Assembly (NCBI GenBank): GCA_041674765.1
Contig: JBAYVE010000001.1
Span: 2,321 to 66,320, forward strand
DNA length: 64,000 nucleotides
Reading direction: 5' to 3'
From: Patescibacteria group bacterium
Lineage (GTDB): Bacteria > Patescibacteriota > UBA1384 > XYA2-FULL-43-10 > 1-14-0-10-43-13
Part shown: one piece after another, positions 19,101 to 27,479 of the stretch
Numbering within the stretch: position 1 is the stretch's first letter
How the letters are laid out: each line of letters opens with the position of its first letter
Position numbers and translations under genes: made by a program
The notes under the pieces: model-generated
The model's input: only the letters and a program-made list of their open reading frames with translations
Told to the model about the DNA's origin: nothing
Databases searched by the model: none

Positions 19101-22100
19101 GGGCAGTCACAGTTTTCTTCGCGCCTTCTTCCTGTTCCACACTTAGATCAAAAATGCCGCACAGACGATCAACAGATACATCAAGGATGCGGTTTTTTAT
19201 AAGGGAATTTCCGGCTTCTTCTATATATTCCGAAGGTGTTATCTTGCCGTAGAGAAGCTGATAGGTGCCGCCGGCCTTTAAAGAAAAAGTATTGTCAAGC
19301 TGAGCGATAAAGCGGATATACGCAGAGACTCGTGCATTCTGAGTAATATCATTGCTATCGGTAGTGCTGGGTAAAATAGTCAAAGCATCAGTTATATTTA
19401 TTGTTAGCTCATTCTGAAGCTCAGAAAGCGCATCAAAAGCATCATTACTAAGCATTGGCGTGCCCTGAACATATTTCTGCAAGCGAAGAAGTTGATAAGA
19501 GATATCCGAATTCTTAATAAGAGCATACTGTTCGCCCATAATACGGGACATCTTCCCCTCATCCTTCAAAGCCCAGAGAAAAGGAATTTTGAAAGCAGCG
19601 GCAAAGTTTATCGGCTTTACATTTCTAATGATTTCTTCAATATCGTCTCCATGAAAGGTTCCGCGAGGAATGCCAAGTGTTTCTTCAATCTTGGCCTGGC
19701 CGATATTTGAGATAAAGCTATCAATAGTTTTTCCTTTAATCGGGACATAATCTAGTCCAAAGAGCCCGCCCAAGAAAGTGCCGCCGGCTTGGGCAAATGC
19801 ACAATCTCTGGCATCGGTTGTGAGAGCAGTATAAATTAGATAAGTTGTACCAGTTTTTAGTTCCATCTCCTGATCAAGATAACCGGAAGCAATCCGACCG
19901 GCAGATGAATAGTCGCCATTCAAAAGATCAAACATATCCCCGGCATCAAAAAGGTCCGGATCGACGGAAAAGGGGAGATTATCAAACAATTTGTAAGTAA
20001 AGATTTTGGCGGCTTCTTTCTCTCCGACCAATTGTTTATAGTTGGCTACTGAATTTTTAAGATGATTCCTCACAAAAAGTTTTTCTAGCAAGGTAATCGG
20101 AAGGCCAGTACTCCTATAAATCTCATTAATGACGATATTACTTGTATTTGCCTCTCCAAACGCGTATTGCATAGAGGGATCGTTTACAAAATTCTCTAAA
20201 TTGGAGTGAAAAATCTCGAAATCCCAACCAGGGAAAGCTCTACTTAGGCCATAAGAAATTTCATATAGAATACTAATGATTTGCTGCTCTTTGTGATTAT
20301 TTGCATAGTTTTGAGCTTCCTCTCTGCTTTCAAAACAGTGCCGGCCTTCCTTATCGTAATAACAGAACGAATTGTTCTGTAAGGTCGTCTCATTTACGGA
20401 GAATCCTTCTTTTTGGGTGTAGATAACTTTACAGCTGCTCTCTTTGTTATCATCGGCATACGGATTTGCATTGATGTAATCTACGAGCCTATCACTACCG
20501 TACTCATCTGCTTCGCTGGGCAGAAGTTCTCCGTTGAGCATCTGGATATACTTCTCCAAGGCGTTTTTGCTGATTTTTAATATTGAAGCCTCAATCAAAT
20601 TCTTCTGTTTGTTGGTTAGACTGGCCGATGTCAAGGTTTTCTCTTCAGTAAATAGAGATTTTGTGGAACCTTTTAGAACATCAAAATTTTTATCTGCCTT
20701 CTCAGCAGTTGAGTTGGCTTCGCTCCATATTCCAGAATTTCCACTCTTCAAGGCCTCATAACTGCCCATCGGCAAGCCCATACGGAACAACAAATCATTT
20801 TCTGGTGTTCTGATATTATCGCCAAATTTTCTATTGGAGATATTCTCAACGATATCATCCAGATCGTTTTCCTTCGTTAGCAAGCCGTTCTGGTCTTTGA
20901 GCTTTGATTGAAAGTCTTGTTTCCAACGAGTTGTTGCCGCATCGACAAATTTTTTAAATTGGTCGGGGTTATCCTTCTTTAATTTACGGAAATAATCAAC
21001 CGTTAATCTCTCTCTGGTTTGGGATAGCCGCTTAAAGAATTCATCAAATTTACTGAGTTTTACCGTGTCGCCGAAATACGCTGATAATATTTCAGGCCCT
21101 GCCCATCTCATCAAAGCTTCAAAATCTTTCTTGAAGTCAGGCGGGGTCTTGGATATGGAGGCGCCCTGAAAGTAGAAGAAAGGCATATTATAATGTTCCT
21201 CGATTCTTGCTTGACCGATCGCTTGCATAAAGGCATCCTGACCGGTGACTCCTCTTTTTTCAAAGTTCTCGACAAAATAAATTAGGGAGTTGCTGGGAAG
21301 ACCCAATTTAGCCTCGGCGGTGTTGGCTCCGAGGGTGACAAACAGATCAGACACACCAATTTTTCCGGCGATGAAGTTAAAAATAATCTTTGCTATTTGA
21401 AAGGTAGTCAATTTTTTACTTTTTCGCCGTCCATCGCCAGAATCAGTGTTTTGGGTGGAATCGAGGCCTGGCTTTATCTGATTTATGGTTAATAAATCAG
21501 AGGGAATTTCTTTGCCTGCCATGATCTCGCTGATAGCTCTGATCAGTTCGTTTACGTCAGTGATTAGAATGTTTACTCGGGCAGCCTTCTCATCATATTC
21601 ACTGGTTTTCTTCATCTCATACACCTGCTTCAGCGCCAGAAGATTTTTCTGGAGGTCGGCGAGATCGGTAGCAATTACACTAGCCGAATTAATAATCCCC
21701 TGAAGCTTTGAGAGATCGCTATCGTTCTTTAAAAGATCCCTCAAAGAACTCATAGTTTTTTCAACCTTGTCAGAAATCTCACGTATCTCAACATCATCAG
21801 ATTTTAGAGCTTCCCATTCGCTGTTGATCTTACTTTGTAGCTCATAGACCTTAAGAACTCTAGCTAAGTAGAAGCCAAGTTCCTTGTTGTTGGTTGAGAG
21901 TTCCGGATCTAGATTAAGGAGATCAATTTTGGTTTTATCTTCATCATCCAATAATTTGTTGGCCAGTCCGTAATAAAGCAATTTTGAGCCGATTCGTTCA
22001 AATACATTCTCAGCATTTGCGTTAGCATATCCCATCATAAGAAAAAGATCGAAGTCTTCCAAACCGGCTGTTTTAGCTTTTGTTTTTGGGATATTAAAAT

Positions 22101-24717
22101 CTTGAGAATAATCTTTACTTTGAGCCTCGCTTGAATCCTGAGTTTTATATTGGATCCGGAAATTTACGGTCTGACTGAGCGCACAAATACTTTGTTGTCG
22201 CTTCTTTTCAATCTCGTCACTGATCTCAATATTTCCGGCATCTGTGTGAATCGTAATATTAATCTGTTCGGCCGGACGTTGGCAGGCATCTTTGGCAGTA
22301 ACTTTGGCTAAATTACCTCGAAGCCACTCTCTAAAGGTTAGATATCCCAAGTCGCCAGGATTGTATTCCACCTCCTGGCCATTTTCGATGGCAAATATCT
22401 TATCAATAGTTTCACCTTCGTTTAGGAACTTTGTACTGTCTAGATGAGTGGAATCATCTCCGAGCCGCCGTGCCAGCGTGTAGATGCCGATAGTTTGGTA
22501 GGCACTTCTACTGCCGGAAATAGCTTGTTCCCAAGTGCCGTCCGGTAGTTGATAGGCGCTATTCGTCATGGCGAAGTATTTCAAGCCGAAACTCGTGTCG
22601 TGCTTACGGGATTCCCCGACTATGTTGGCATATTCGGCCGCAGTGAAGGGCTTTGCGTGATCATTTGGATTGTGACCGTTCGTAAAAAGCGAAGTTGTCC
22701 CTGGCTGAATATGCAGGAGGTTATCAATATAGCCTGCATTGTTGCGGAAGATCTGAGTGCGGACAGAATTTAAGCTATCGTCTAAATCATTGAAAGACGT
22801 TGCATCCGTAGGCCAACTTTCCTTTGGCAAGTTTAACTTTGCTTCGATAATCTTGGCGCCGACGAGTGTCGCAAACATCGTACCGTCATTTAGATTATCA
22901 AGATCGCCGGCACGAAGATTCATCTCTGCTTCAACTTTGCGCTGTCCAATATTTTCCAGCAAACCGAAAAGATTATTCTTGACTTCCTTTCCGGCCTGGA
23001 AGTCATTATCAAGGGAACCAAAGGGAAGACCAAGCCTTTTTTCGATTGCAGATCTACCAATGACGTATTTGAGCGCTGTCAGGTCTGTAATATCGGTATC
23101 TGTCAGTATTTCTCTTGGAAGACCTAAATAGTCAGCCAGATAAACGCCTCCCAAATTTTTCAGAGTGTCCTCGACATCGCTACCATGAATAGAGTTTGTA
23201 GGCGAGTTAATGATATTAGCAAAGAGTGATTGGCCTAGAAGAGAAACAATATCATCCAAGCCGGCGCTTGAGAGATCGCCATCATAACTGCTAAATTGAG
23301 GATTCATGGCAGACAATAGATCGAGAGCGCTCTGAGATGCCATTTGTCTCATCGTCTCCATCAAATCCGTGCCAGTGTTTGTATTTGATCTCCGATAGCC
23401 ATCAGTTGTCTGCCATGCCAATTTGATCGGTTGGGCAGCCTGAGGTTCCTTGAAATCATGGCCGATCCTTCTTTTCTTTAGGACGGTGCAACGGACGTCG
23501 TCAATCTCGGTGATATCAACTGCCTGACCATTGTAGTGTGCAGAGATATTTCTGCTATTCTTCAGTGCCGGATCACTGTCCTCGAGAATCTCAGCGTTTT
23601 TCAAATCTTCATAATAAGCGTCATATTCCTGACCGTCTTTATCCTCGATTGTAAAACTATTGGCTTTTGCCCCGCATTCCGCGGCACTTTCATCTAAAGA
23701 GCAGACAACGTTTGAGTTGGTAATAGAACCGTTCAATTGTTCTCGTATCACATCTGACTCATTTGAATCGGTGTCGTTCTGGAGGATTCTGTTGGCCTTA
23801 ATTCTCCAATGACCTCCTCCTCCCTGGTCTTTTGGTGTGATTAAGTAAATCAGCGTCTTCAAAACTCTGATATCGATAGTCGGGGCCGAGATAGCATCAG
23901 AAATCAAATCGGCGACATATTCCTTATTGTTGTCACTTAATAGCTTGCCTTGGAGAGTATTGCTATCGATACCGGTGATGCACGAGAGAGTATTAAAATT
24001 GGCAAGATTTGTTTTGCCGGTTGCTTTAATTCGAGCCGCCTCCTCTTCCCAAAGGCCTTTCAACTTTTTATCACCGAAGTTTTTTTCCGCGAGAGAAACC
24101 AGATCCCTGAATTGCTGATGGTTGGAGATAGTCTCCGTCGCAGTAATACCGGTACCGTTTTGAAGCCAGGTTAGATATTGGAATTCATCTAGATATCTAG
24201 GACTCTCCTTGGTCTTTTCGGTATTTACCTGGTCATAAATCTTGTTCCGATTATCTGCAGGCAAAATTGCAAAAAGATTGAACAAGTCGTTATTGAAATC
24301 AGGCATAATATCGCTCATGCATTTGAGCTTTTTGAGAGATTCGATATCTTTCTTAGCTAAAACTAATCTTGCGTCAGAGGACGGTCCGAAAATGTCGTCC
24401 ACGGATAAAAGACTATCAGGATTGGTATAATAACTAATCAATTCCGCGAGCTGCTGATAGGCCTCTGACTGACCGAATTTTTTACAAACTTCTGAGTTAT
24501 TAGTTTCGGGCAGAGTGAACGTGAAATTTTGCTGAATGGTTATTGAATTAAGTCTGATCAGATCCGGTCTGTTCTGGGCAATATAGTCAGAAGAATCCAA
24601 ACTATCGATTTCGGTTGAAGGGATATCTGCAGCCTGTGCCCAGCTTAATAGAAAAGGATTTAGTATAATGACGACAGAGATAACTGCAAATAATAACTTT
24701 TGAAAGAATATCTTCAT
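16174..24717 (-). CDS. Giant (2847 aa) secreted surface protein, membrane-anchored by C-terminal TM helices; last gene of the T4SS-like operon; function unknown
   Basis: Single uninterrupted ORF. Signal peptide MKIFFQKLLFAVISVVIILNPFLLSWAQA. Recurrent motif (I/L)E(A/E)KLGLP at least 8 times. SAHYNGQAVDI motif (M15-peptidase-like SxHxxGxAxD). Coiled-coil segment. Hydrophobic helices SLMVLVSTAAYASIAIAAHAIAGAWIIPMV...ITLLTFLAINLF about 215 aa from the C-terminus. ATG overlaps the upstream gene stop (ATGA). Confidence 0.7.
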   Translation of the reverse strand: MKIFFQKLLFAVISVVIILNPFLLSWAQAADIPSTEIDSLDSSDYIAQNRPDLIRLNSITIQQNFTFTLPETNNSEVCKKFGQSEAYQQLAELISYYTNPDSLLSVDDIFGPSSDARLVLAKKDIESLKKLKCMSDIMPDFNNDLFNLFAILPADNRNKIYDQVNTEKTKESPRYLDEFQYLTWLQNGTGITATETISNHQQFRDLVSLAEKNFGDKKLKGLWEEEAARIKATGKTNLANFNTLSCITGIDSNTLQGKLLSDNNKEYVADLISDAISAPTIDIRVLKTLIYLITPKDQGGGGHWRIKANRILQNDTDSNESDVIREQLNGSITNSNVVCSLDESAAECGAKANSFTIEDKDGQEYDAYYEDLKNAEILEDSDPALKNSRNISAHYNGQAVDITEIDDVRCTVLKKRRIGHDFKEPQAAQPIKLAWQTTDGYRRSNTNTGTDLMETMRQMASQSALDLLSAMNPQFSSYDGDLSSAGLDDIVSLLGQSLFANIINSPTNSIHGSDVEDTLKNLGGVYLADYLGLPREILTDTDITDLTALKYVIGRSAIEKRLGLPFGSLDNDFQAGKEVKNNLFGLLENIGQRKVEAEMNLRAGDLDNLNDGTMFATLVGAKIIEAKLNLPKESWPTDATSFNDLDDSLNSVRTQIFRNNAGYIDNLLHIQPGTTSLFTNGHNPNDHAKPFTAAEYANIVGESRKHDTSFGLKYFAMTNSAYQLPDGTWEQAISGSRSAYQTIGIYTLARRLGDDSTHLDSTKFLNEGETIDKIFAIENGQEVEYNPGDLGYLTFREWLRGNLAKVTAKDACQRPAEQINITIHTDAGNIEISDEIEKKRQQSICALSQTVNFRIQYKTQDSSEAQSKDYSQDFNIPKTKAKTAGLEDFDLFLMMGYANANAENVFERIGSKLLYYGLANKLLDDEDKTKIDLLNLDPELSTNNKELGFYLARVLKVYELQSKINSEWEALKSDDVEIREISDKVEKTMSSLRDLLKNDSDLSKLQGIINSASVIATDLADLQKNLLALKQVYEMKKTSEYDEKAARVNILITDVNELIRAISEIMAGKEIPSDLLTINQIKPGLDSTQNTDSGDGRRKSKKLTTFQIAKIIFNFIAGKIGVSDLFVTLGANTAEAKLGLPSNSLIYFVENFEKRGVTGQDAFMQAIGQARIEEHYNMPFFYFQGASISKTPPDFKKDFEALMRWAGPEILSAYFGDTVKLSKFDEFFKRLSQTRERLTVDYFRKLKKDNPDQFKKFVDAATTRWKQDFQSKLKDQNGLLTKENDLDDIVENISNRKFGDNIRTPENDLLFRMGLPMGSYEALKSGNSGIWSEANSTAEKADKNFDVLKGSTKSLFTEEKTLTSASLTNKQKNLIEASILKISKNALEKYIQMLNGELLPSEADEYGSDRLVDYINANPYADDNKESSCKVIYTQKEGFSVNETTLQNNSFCYYDKEGRHCFESREEAQNYANNHKEQQIISILYEISYGLSRAFPGWDFEIFHSNLENFVNDPSMQYAFGEANTSNIVINEIYRSTGLPITLLEKLFVRNHLKNSVANYKQLVGEKEAAKIFTYKLFDNLPFSVDPDLFDAGDMFDLLNGDYSSAGRIASGYLDQEMELKTGTTYLIYTALTTDARDCAFAQAGGTFLGGLFGLDYVPIKGKTIDSFISNIGQAKIEETLGIPRGTFHGDDIEEIIRNVKPINFAAAFKIPFLWALKDEGKMSRIMGEQYALIKNSDISYQLLRLQKYVQGTPMLSNDAFDALSELQNELTINITDALTILPSTTDSNDITQNARVSAYIRFIAQLDNTFSLKAGGTYQLLYGKITPSEYIEEAGNSLIKNRILDVSVDRLCGIFDLSVEQEEGAKKTVTALRAIFTAPTFSISGESSNPDYKNYALLFDGLTNLFKYKLADKLSIPQTTILSIIENPDTAYSTMMGVIAAKLDEQADLNSTSQASFSGIYKALLPTDVKSADDQCRATYADEQLRLALIKSGAEKEISKTVVGSDEYENAVADRDDAVLQINALNAQETECKITARRSIAQKQDIDKGTIPKNEVLADRARLWLQNAAIEQLHKKIANLTIGGVFIGVDVPTADLKDLFGRDSNRAISVITMALTSNYAIKKIDGVDTKTPIPAEFFITYEMIRNSIYGLSTKSAQKLAAYKDATGNSANPEVTEYAPGAPECAKTGGNDFAKGIDCLGQVDAFKSPVESVQATVERQYDYTPEKYEQAKVDLQTQINRENTSIKNSCTDRYEQQHKINSCIQDEQAIRVEPLERKLNTLNDPSRANAADVQDVNGSAKNRAIEILEYRALDIGLWKLDTNIYPGFAEAIIKGNGEIKTAAIVKYVKRGVTNGHLFGVKFDAVKNVQEWGDILVYASSMIQGNNMAALETLIKVNNGQSFQYFANYMAKGFEKIFRFSITPDMAKGILVGLSTNDWGINSFSFEGIQGNANQTIGGASVPTLGQAIVNWGVGRVFNWADRALGVSEGTSFRLAKSGIDAYKANQALRSAQKSLQTATENVQEAQRLYDEAVNAGMAGQVQRFQTNLENAQAAETVEQIKVDNAKALRAAAFQIIVQMTIDYLVEKYLGETISGWEEDLNLVPGSLMVLVSTAAYASIAIAAHAIAGAWIIPMVDPVTIAITLLTFLAINLFSTYRVEYWCSVDGYYPYKDSSPPSSFWDKLSGRSSGNQNINLSGDPLSLLDTPVNNFTIPSSAMQKNDISGIGVFGGNAAHSSALNKTLEKKKILAAQYKARRLIGDVLSIQYDSKYNDSTGEALIPTQIMTGRSEDVTFWNDMVSTNICQQRLGKDALAVNGICLGFDSEGKAKTKEGLWANTQTTVWTHVGF

Positions 24718-26120
24718 TTTAGCGATAAAGCATACTTAATACGGGACCACAAATAATCGCCCCAATCCTTCGATTCGTTTTGATTATGGTCGATTTTATC
24801 TACTTCTGTGGTTGTTAGACAGACATTGCAGTAGCTCATTTCAATATGAAGCTGCGAATAATTGCCAATTTTTACTGTTTTTCCGATCGGCTTATTTAAG
24901 TCAGTAATCTTTTGTCCTTTTACTACAGAGGGATCAAAATTTGCGTACAAGAGGAGATAGTCACCGTTTTGGATAGCTATCTTCTTATGGCCCGTCCCAT
25001 CATCAGAAACATCAATGACCTCGCCGATCATACCGGGGTAGACGTTGTTACCTTCGGTGGTATACAAATCGACGCCGTCACATTTATTTTGGCCGAAGTA
25101 AATATAAGTTCCGTGACCCAGATCATCGCTCGGTGTAGTCGGTCGGAGTGGTGTTCCGGTGTGAAGTTCACTGTTTGTGCCGATGATTTTGGCCTTTTCA
25201 ATCGGATAATGTCCATTGATAGCAGGAATGCTATTATCTATTTTTTGTAGAACATTTTTTATAGCATCAAAAATTTCCTGACCTAACTCGACATTACCGG
25301 CAGCCGCTTGATTGACCTTTGTGAGAGCGCTATCGATCTCATTCTTGATATTTTGATCTGTCGTCTCCTCCTTTAGCTGAGTTAGTAAGAGCTGTAATTT
25401 TGTCGTTAGCTCTTTCTTTGATTGCTTTTGGATTTCAGGGTCTTTGACTGCGAGGAGTGTAGCCTCAATAACTGATTTATTATCAATCGGCATGGCGGGA
25501 GTAGTGGGAGTTTGGCCGCCGGCCCCACTCTTATAAAATCTAAGGGAGAAAGCCAGCATGCCGATGGCCATAGCCAGTATTACGACGACTAAAATGATAC
25601 TCCAGCTTCCGCCGAGGAGTCCGGCTATCCAGGCCCAGATTCTAACAATTGCAGCTACAAATCTTTTTGTTACTTTTTCTTCGAATTTTTGTTTTAAATC
25701 ATCAGCTATTCTTCTTGCTTTTCCGGCTCTAGCGTTTTGTTGATTAGTGTCTTCTCTAGAAGCATTTGGTTCTTGTCCTTGTTCAGGACCATTTTGGATG
25801 TTAGCCGCTCCCGTCTTTCGGGCGGTTCCCCCCTGATTGGCATATGGATCGGTTTTATCATCGCCAGGAAGAATCTGATCTGGAGAGATCTCGGGGTTGT
25901 CGGGTACCCTTTGCGGTAAAGGGGGCGGCTGTGATTCTTGTTCCCAAATCGGATCGTCAATCTCGCGGTTTAGAAAAGGATCGTCTTGAGCGCCAGGAAC
26001 TCCTTTGCCCTGATTGCGCAGACGTAAATATGAATCTCTAGCGCCCTCCGACTGAGACTTCATGTAGTCTTGTCGGTATTTGCGCATCTGTTTTTTGATA
26101 GATTGTAGTCTTTTATCCAA
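24714..26120 (-). CDS. Membrane-anchored protein with C-terminal M23/LytM-like peptidase domain (possibly degenerate)
   Basis: Basic cytoplasmic N-terminus; TM (WIAGLLGGSWSIILVVVILAMAIGML); C-terminal ...GTNSELHTGTP...VVKGQKITDLNKPIGKTVKIGNYSQLHIEM resembles the M23 core (…VKKGQ.V..GQ.IG..G.TG.STGPHLHFE). Confidence 0.45.
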   Translation of the reverse strand: MDKRLQSIKKQMRKYRQDYMKSQSEGARDSYLRLRNQGKGVPGAQDDPFLNREIDDPIWEQESQPPPLPQRVPDNPEISPDQILPGDDKTDPYANQGGTARKTGAANIQNGPEQGQEPNASREDTNQQNARAGKARRIADDLKQKFEEKVTKRFVAAIVRIWAWIAGLLGGSWSIILVVVILAMAIGMLAFSLRFYKSGAGGQTPTTPAMPIDNKSVIEATLLAVKDPEIQKQSKKELTTKLQLLLTQLKEETTDQNIKNEIDSALTKVNQAAAGNVELGQEIFDAIKNVLQKIDNSIPAINGHYPIEKAKIIGTNSELHTGTPLRPTTPSDDLGHGTYIYFGQNKCDGVDLYTTEGNNVYPGMIGEVIDVSDDGTGHKKIAIQNGDYLLLYANFDPSVVKGQKITDLNKPIGKTVKIGNYSQLHIEMSYCNVCLTTTEVDKIDHNQNESKDWGDYLWSRIKYALSLK

Positions 26121-26180
26121 GACCCCTCCACTTGATTGGGCTAGTATTATTTATAGGTTATCTGGTTTCAACCTCACGCT

Positions 26181-27446
26181 TTATTCAACTTTGATCGCAA
26201 ATATTCCATCGCTTGTTTGATATAAAATCATCTTTTCATCATCAGAAATAAAGAGTGTATTTATAAATATTTTGCCGAAATCTCTAATAATAAACCCGGA
26301 ATTTTTTTTATTATCGGTGTCAAATTTGAAGATTGATTCGTTCTTTGTTTTCGAATCATAAGTAGCGATGACTACGTTTTTTGAATCCTTCTCCCATGCG
26401 GTTTTACTTATTTCTGCAAAAATGCCCAGTGTCCGTTTATCAGAGCCATCGATATTCATGATAGACAGAGCCGAAAAAACGGGGCTTTCGGGATCGCTCT
26501 GATATGTTCCATAAAGTATTTTGTTGCCGTTGGGAGAGAAAGAGGCATCCAATTGACCACCATTATCGGTCAAAGTTTTGAAAGTACGGGAGTAGGTGTT
26601 GAAAAGATATATTTTGTTCTTCGAACGATCGCTATTTCGCGGAATTATAAGCAGCCATTGCGAATCAGGAGACCACTTCAGAATCGGATTCTCGATGCCC
26701 CTCTCGGAAAAATTAGCAATTCTAGTTACCTCGGTATTGGCAATATTGGAAAAAACCAGCGATTTCTCTCCATTCGTTGCATAATAGTAGGCTATTTTGG
26801 AGTTATCAGGAGACCAAGCAACAGCTCCGACATCCTTGCCCCAAGGAAGTTCTGTTTGATTGACAAAGTCGTATTTTTTAAAGTCAAATATTGTCATCTC
26901 GCCGGCTTTTCTTAAAAGGGCCAATTCCTTTGTCGGCGACCAGATTATCTCTTTCACGCCGGTTAATCTAGCATCGGTAATCGGCGTATTCTTGATGATT
27001 TCAATAGTCCCATCCTCCGTCAGACCGACCTTTAGTTTGTAGAGAGTTTTCCCACCGTTCCCAAGGTAGTAGCCGTCGTTGAAATCACTTCCCTTGACGA
27101 TATATTCTGCGCCGTTGCTGATCTCGACCGGTTTCGGAGTAGTTTTCAACTCAAACAAAATCTGTTTCATGAACCCGCGTTTCAGAGAAAGAGTGGTATT
27201 CAATCCGACATAGCCATCGGCCTCGATTTTAACATTATGATTCTCCGGCGAAAGATTGAGGCGGAAAGTGCCGCTGCTGATCGATTGGACAGCCTTATCA
27301 TCAATTGTTAGCTCAGCTTCATAGGGAATGACTTTCAGCGTTACAAATGATCTCGAGAAAACCCATATTAGGGCAATTACGGCTAATATTGTTGCTAAAA
27401 TAGCGATATAAATGGAACGGCTTAATTTTTTTAATTCTACATTCAT
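26181..27446 (-). CDS. N-terminally anchored TolB-like beta-propeller protein (PD40/WD40-like repeats)
   Basis: N-terminal TM then repeated ...WSPD...KI(A/L)Y... units (IIWSPTKE, VAWSPDNSKIAYYY, LKWSPDSQWLLI, ASFSPNGNKILYG). Confidence 0.6.
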   Translation of the reverse strand: MNVELKKLSRSIYIAILATILAVIALIWVFSRSFVTLKVIPYEAELTIDDKAVQSISSGTFRLNLSPENHNVKIEADGYVGLNTTLSLKRGFMKQILFELKTTPKPVEISNGAEYIVKGSDFNDGYYLGNGGKTLYKLKVGLTEDGTIEIIKNTPITDARLTGVKEIIWSPTKELALLRKAGEMTIFDFKKYDFVNQTELPWGKDVGAVAWSPDNSKIAYYYATNGEKSLVFSNIANTEVTRIANFSERGIENPILKWSPDSQWLLIIPRNSDRSKNKIYLFNTYSRTFKTLTDNGGQLDASFSPNGNKILYGTYQSDPESPVFSALSIMNIDGSDKRTLGIFAEISKTAWEKDSKNVVIATYDSKTKNESIFKFDTDNKKNSGFIIRDFGKIFINTLFISDDEKMILYQTSDGIFAIKVE

Positions 27447-27479
27447 TTTTACCTTTACTTATCTTTCTTTAGTTGAGAG

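Noticed and set aside
16208-24430. Numerous 60-140-aa plus-strand ORFs inside the giant gene (e.g. 18362-18778, 22757-23131)
   Set aside because: All lie antisense within a continuous 8.5-kb coding frame, are low-complexity (Ser/Ala/Leu-rich) and have no start contexts; shadow ORFs.
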